From Candidatus Babeliales bacterium (GTDB lineage Bacteria > Babelota > Babeliae > Babelales > JANWKD01): a DNA stretch of 64,000 nt. The translations under genes and the position numbers were made by a program. The notes beneath the pieces are model-generated. The model made no database searches, was not told where the DNA came from, and worked only from the letters and a program-made list of their open reading frames with translations. This document shows, in pieces, positions 60,347-64,000 of the stretch. The stretch lies in contig CAVRJM010000001.1 of assembly GCA_963722075.1 (NCBI GenBank), positions 96,001 through 160,000 on the forward strand, given 5' to 3'. Each line of letters opens with the position of its first letter. The stretch's first letter is position 1.

Positions 60347-60902
60347 GCATGACCTGAAAACCCCATCGGCTTTCTAAGCCTGGGGATGAAAGGTCATCCG
60401 TATAAGGCGCGGAGGGAGCGGCTGAGTTGCGAAGTGGAGCGCCGTCGAAAAATGTGGCATACTATGAGGTATGTATTGGACAGGAGCACATACAAAGCAT
60501 AGGCACATGTACCACATAGTTTGGACACCTAAATATTGGAAGAGGGTATTGCAGGGCAAAATAGCAAAACGAATAGAAGAGCTATTGAAGGAATGCTCAG
60601 AAGTAAACAATTGGGAAATACATGAATTGAATGTGCAGCCGGATCATGTGCATCTAATGGTTCAACTAAAGCCACACATAAGTGTCAGTAAAGCAGTACA
60701 ATTGTTCAAAGGTGGAAGCAGTAAAGTGATTAGAGAAGAATTTCCTGAATTAGAAGAATATTTATGGGGGGATAGCTTCTGGGGAGATGGGTTTTTTTCT
60801 GAAACTGTTGGCCAAGTAAATGTTGATGTCATTCGCGAATATATAAAAAATCAATAGTCCTTAGAATGCGAAGCCACGGCTTTTAAGCCGTGCGAGCTTC
60901 AC
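60347..60902 (+). mobile_element. IS200-type element (tnpA only)
   Basis: Subterminal hairpins GACCTGAAAACCCC..GGGGATGAAAGGTC and CACGGCTTTTAAGCCGTG; right end TCAC; ends approximate. Confidence 0.8.
60471..60857 (+). CDS. tnpA: IS200/IS605 Y1 (HUH) transposase
   Basis: YHIVWTPKY, DHVHL (HUH), KGGSS, FWGDGFF, EYIKNQ. Confidence 0.95.
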   Translation: MYWTGAHTKHRHMYHIVWTPKYWKRVLQGKIAKRIEELLKECSEVNNWEIHELNVQPDHVHLMVQLKPHISVSKAVQLFKGGSSKVIREEFPELEEYLWGDSFWGDGFFSETVGQVNVDVIREYIKNQ

Positions 60903-61012
60903 TTAAGCTATATATTTTTGGTAAAATAGATGTATGGTGATGGAGTAATAACAGGGAAAATATAGTTAAAACAACTGAATCACTAGAATTATAATTTATA
61001 AGTGGAGCAAAA

Positions 61013-61384
61013 ATGGACGGTTTTATTAAATATAAAAAATCTTTTATTGCAATTATAGGTTTGTTACTTATTTCTTCATTAAATGGAATGGAGCCTGATA
61101 AACCTTCTAAATCTGAGGAACCTAGTGCCTATTATCTAGAAGATCCAGAATATGTTCGTGAGGAATTGAAAGCATTAAATAATGATATTAAATATTATGA
61201 AGAAAACAAAGAAGAGATAGTTCAAAATATTAGTATTGGATATCAGATATCCATGTCAGAGGCGCTAAATCAATACGAACGGCACTTATCTAATTTAAAA
61301 GAGGAAAGGGAGGAGTTGCTGCGGTTATTAGCTCCAGAAAATCCAGAATTATCATTTGAAGAATATGTTAAAAAAATTGAATAA
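61013..61384 (+). CDS. Family D small secreted protein
   Basis: LNG|ME; close to the C-module of 58938 (SIGYQIS.SEAL.QYER.LSNLK). Confidence 0.8.
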   Translation: MDGFIKYKKSFIAIIGLLLISSLNGMEPDKPSKSEEPSAYYLEDPEYVREELKALNNDIKYYEENKEEIVQNISIGYQISMSEALNQYERHLSNLKEEREELLRLLAPENPELSFEEYVKKIE

Positions 61385-61483
61385 CAACAAATAATAAAAT
61401 GCGTAATTATATATAGGTGCGGTAGTTCTTTTAAATTTCAAGTCAGCATTTTAGAAATATAAGATCTTAAATGGAGTAGAAAA

Positions 61484-61768
61484 ATGGACGGTAAAAATAA
61501 ATTTAAAATGTATCTTTTTATAAGCATGTTTTTGCTTACTCTATCTTCATTGCACGCAATGAGCTATTTTGATCAACGCATTTAAGAAATAAAAGATCAT
61601 GCTCAATTTATTAGGGATCATGTAGATGAATTTATTAAAAGCCATGTAAGGCAATTTGGGGTAGATGAAGAAGAAGCACGGCGCTTTTATAATGAATTGA
61701 TGGGTAACTTTGAAAAGAAAATTCAGAAATTGCTTAGAAAAAAAGATGAAGAAAATAAGGGTGCCTAA
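61484..61768 (+). pseudogene. Family D copy of 59621 with a nonsense codon
   Basis: High nucleotide similarity to 59621-59908; AAA->TAA at 61583-61585. Confidence 0.85.
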
Positions 61769-61778
61769 GGGGGAAAAA

Positions 61779-62111
61779 ATGAGCTTTAATAAGTTATTTT
61801 ATTTATTTGTATTAATAATGATAATGGGACGTGATGTTTTTGCTATGGAATATACCGGCTTTTATGTTGAGAGTCCAAGCACTACTCAAATTAAATCTGT
61901 AAACGAACAAATTAAAAGTTTGGAAAAAATGATTCAAGGCATAGAAAAAAATAGGGAAAGATTTGTAAACCGTCGGGTAAGGGAAGGGATGACTAAAGAA
62001 GCAGCAGAAATTGATTTTCAGGATTGGCTTGAAAAAAAGAAAGCGCAATTGTATACGCTAAAAAATCCTGATACAGAAGAAAGCTACGTATCGGAAATAT
62101 GGCAAGAATAA
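61779..62111 (+). CDS. Family D small secreted protein
   Basis: VFA|ME; NRERFVN..MTKEAAEIDFQDWL. Confidence 0.75.
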   Translation: MSFNKLFYLFVLIMIMGRDVFAMEYTGFYVESPSTTQIKSVNEQIKSLEKMIQGIEKNRERFVNRRVREGMTKEAAEIDFQDWLEKKKAQLYTLKNPDTEESYVSEIWQE

Positions 62112-62136
62112 ATTAAAATGAATTGGAGGAGAAAAC

Positions 62137-62456
62137 ATGAAGATGTTTAAGCTAATTTTTATAGCACTATTATATTGATAAGTAACACTAATCTTATTAA
62201 TGCAATGAAGCGTCCATATCGAAGTGATACCTGGGAAGCTCCAGCTTCATCATTTGTGTTTCAACAAATATATACAGATTGGGATAGAAAAGTTAAAAAT
62301 ATGGAAGATAATAGAGATCAAGAAATACAGCAATTGACTATTGATAATCCAACTTGGACTTTAGAAGACGTAGAAAATGAATATAATAGAATTTTAGAAA
62401 ATGCAAAAGCAAACCGTGAGAATGCAAAGAATCAATTTTTATCCGAGATTTCTTAA
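62137..62456 (+). pseudogene. Family D protein with a 1-nt frameshift in the signal-peptide coding region
   Basis: GGAGGAG RBS then ATG 62137 (MKMFKLIFIALL), out of frame by one base with LISNTNLINA|MK.. (62175-62456). Confidence 0.65.
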
Positions 62457-62597
62457 TTTTTTACTATTGTATTGCCAAATGAAATTCCAATAAGATTAGA
62501 TGGGTAATAAAATATCTCTTGAGCTATTTATGTAAGTATAAATTCTATTATAATAAGGTAATAATAATTATTATATTGTTTTCAATAGGAAATATTT

Positions 62598-62936
62598 ATG
62601 AAAATGGCTCATTTTTTTTATATACTTCTTTTTATTAATGGTATTGCAAGTAATGCGATGGAACATTCAGATTCTGAAATTAATTTAATGTTAAAAGAAT
62701 ATCCTCAAGAATTAGATGAAAAAGAATTTTATGCTGGAATGGTAGGGCTAGCTGATGATCTTGTAGGGATATTGGAAACTAGCAGAGAGGAAGAAATAAA
62801 CAATATAATGAAAAGAGATGATTTATCAATTACTGACGCTAGTCAGCAATATATTAAAACCATTGCATATTGGCGAAATTTTAAAGCTGATTATAATAAA
62901 AAACTTCAAGAAGTGAAGAATCAAAACAATAGCTAA
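62598..62936 (+). CDS. Family D small secreted protein
   Basis: SNA|ME; SREEEINNIM..SITDASQQY. Confidence 0.75.
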   Translation: MKMAHFFYILLFINGIASNAMEHSDSEINLMLKEYPQELDEKEFYAGMVGLADDLVGILETSREEEINNIMKRDDLSITDASQQYIKTIAYWRNFKADYNKKLQEVKNQNNS

Positions 62937-62961
62937 ATTTTATATTACATCGAAACATTCT

Positions 62962-63294
62962 ATGAAAATAACGTATTTTTTTTATTTATTACTATTATTA
63001 GCTGGATATCAAAATTTAATACGATCGATGGAAGCGCCAAAAAAATTATCAATAAGTGAGCGGCGTCGTAACCTAGTGCCATCACGACGTTTTCAGAATC
63101 CTGATGAAATTATTAAATTGCTCGAAGGTAGCAAAAAGCAAATGATAGAAGAAAAAATGCGTAAAAATCCCGAGATGACGTATCAAATGGCAGAGGTTGC
63201 ATATTGCCAACGGTTAGATGAGGTAAAACAGCATCATTCTCAAAGAGCTTCGCCGCCTGAAATTCAAGAATCAAAAAATTCGAACAAACAATAA
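62962..63294 (+). CDS. Family D small secreted protein
   Basis: IRS|ME; SKKQMIEEKM..MTYQMAEVAY. Confidence 0.75.
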   Translation: MKITYFFYLLLLLAGYQNLIRSMEAPKKLSISERRRNLVPSRRFQNPDEIIKLLEGSKKQMIEEKMRKNPEMTYQMAEVAYCQRLDEVKQHHSQRASPPEIQESKNSNKQ

Positions 63295-63324
63295 TTAAAA
63301 TTTATATTACATCGAGGTAATTCT

Positions 63325-63603
63325 ATGAAAGTAACATATTTTTTCTATTTATTTCCTTTTTTTACTGCAATGGTTGTAAGACCTATGGAGCATAAAAGAA
63401 ATTTTGAGCAAGAGCGAATTAAAACAAGAGCTGATATTGTAATAGCAGTTATTAAGGATCTTATTGGTCATAAAGAAACAACTATTCAACGTATAATGAA
63501 TAATAACAAGCTTACTTATGATCAGGCACAACAAGAATATAGAAATACACTTATGATATGTTCACAAGAATGTTCACAATTGCTTAGCAAAATGAATGGA
63601 TAA
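63325..63603 (+). CDS. Family D small secreted protein
   Basis: VRP|ME; HKETTIQRIM..LTYDQAQQEY. Confidence 0.75.
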   Translation: MKVTYFFYLFPFFTAMVVRPMEHKRNFEQERIKTRADIVIAVIKDLIGHKETTIQRIMNNNKLTYDQAQQEYRNTLMICSQECSQLLSKMNG

Positions 63604-63631
63604 AATACGCTATTATTTTTGTGCAAGAATA

Positions 63632-64000
63632 TTATGAATTAATTGAGTACAGATCAGATTTTTTTACAATAAAACCTTCTTGTATTAATTCAAGCAATGC
63701 TTTTTTAATGCGTTCAGGTTCTCTTTCAATATGAGCACATAATTGATTAAAAGAAAGTGCAGCTTCGATTGCCATTGTTTTTAAAATCATACCTCTAATT
63801 TGGCGATCGGAGCCTTCAAATTTACTTTGTTTGGTGTAATGGGCACTTTTTCGATTAGGATTGGGAATATTCTTTTTGAGCATAACGCCGTAATCCATGA
63901 GGGCATAATACCATTCGCGCGGATTATGGGTATCTACTGTTTGCTGAACAAGGGGGTAAATATCATTATCTGTTACTTCAACTTTATTATTAAAAAAAAA
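63632..64000 (-). CDS. MutY-like A/G-specific adenine glycosylase, C-terminal part (5' end outside the window)
   Basis: PREWYYALMDYG..NPNRKSAHYTKQSKFEGSDRQIRG, typical of short MutY-like HhH-GPD proteins. Confidence 0.75.
   Translation of the reverse strand, partial: FFFNNKVEVTDNDIYPLVQQTVDTHNPREWYYALMDYGVMLKKNIPNPNRKSAHYTKQSKFEGSDRQIRGMILKTMAIEAALSFNQLCAHIEREPERIKKALLELIQEGFIVKKSDLYSINS

Noticed and set aside
60857..60902. TnpB or omega-RNA associated with the IS200/IS605 element
   Set aside because: The right-end hairpin follows tnpA directly; there is no room for tnpB.
61710..61778. N-terminal extension of ORF 61710
   Set aside because: It overlaps the 3' end of pseudogene 61484-61768; the signal peptide starts at ATG 61779.
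58560..63603. Integron cassette array
   Set aside because: No attC-like RYYYAAC/GTTRRRY palindromes between genes and no integrase; the genes are paralogs with duplicated leaders.

Overview
AT-rich bacterial chromosomal segment. Gene content and style point to an intracellular protist parasite of the Dependentiae/Babeliota (TM6) type; this is inferred, not proven. Housekeeping genes: lolD-like, murJ, tRNA-fMet, acpS, comM (split), tandem ddl, orn, an rRNA pseudouridine synthase, a LigD-type ligase, gatB, nusB, efp, an M16 peptidase, cysS, bamA and a partial mutY-like gene. These are interleaved with about 40 orphan genes carrying signal peptides. Main observations: (1) 23 secreted orphans have Met exactly at the predicted +1 position after the signal peptide, 18 of them ME/MD/MN/MQ. 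They include an F-box protein and a Skp1/BTB-WD40 protein, which suggests a dedicated effector class. (2) An 8-kb three-gene operon encodes large proteins with an amphipathic helix, a TGGAS translocon-like hairpin and a shared coiled-coil plus beta-sandwich module. (3) About 21 CGTC-type palindromic repeats show covarying stems; one inverted pair encloses a small GIY-YIG nuclease gene and two similar pairs are empty. (4) An 11-member tandem array of small helical secreted paralogs follows bamA. (5) Ddl and a NodZ-like enzyme are each internally duplicated. There is one IS701-like and one IS200-like element. Several single-base deletions in homopolymers may be sequencing errors. No CRISPR array and no rRNA were found.
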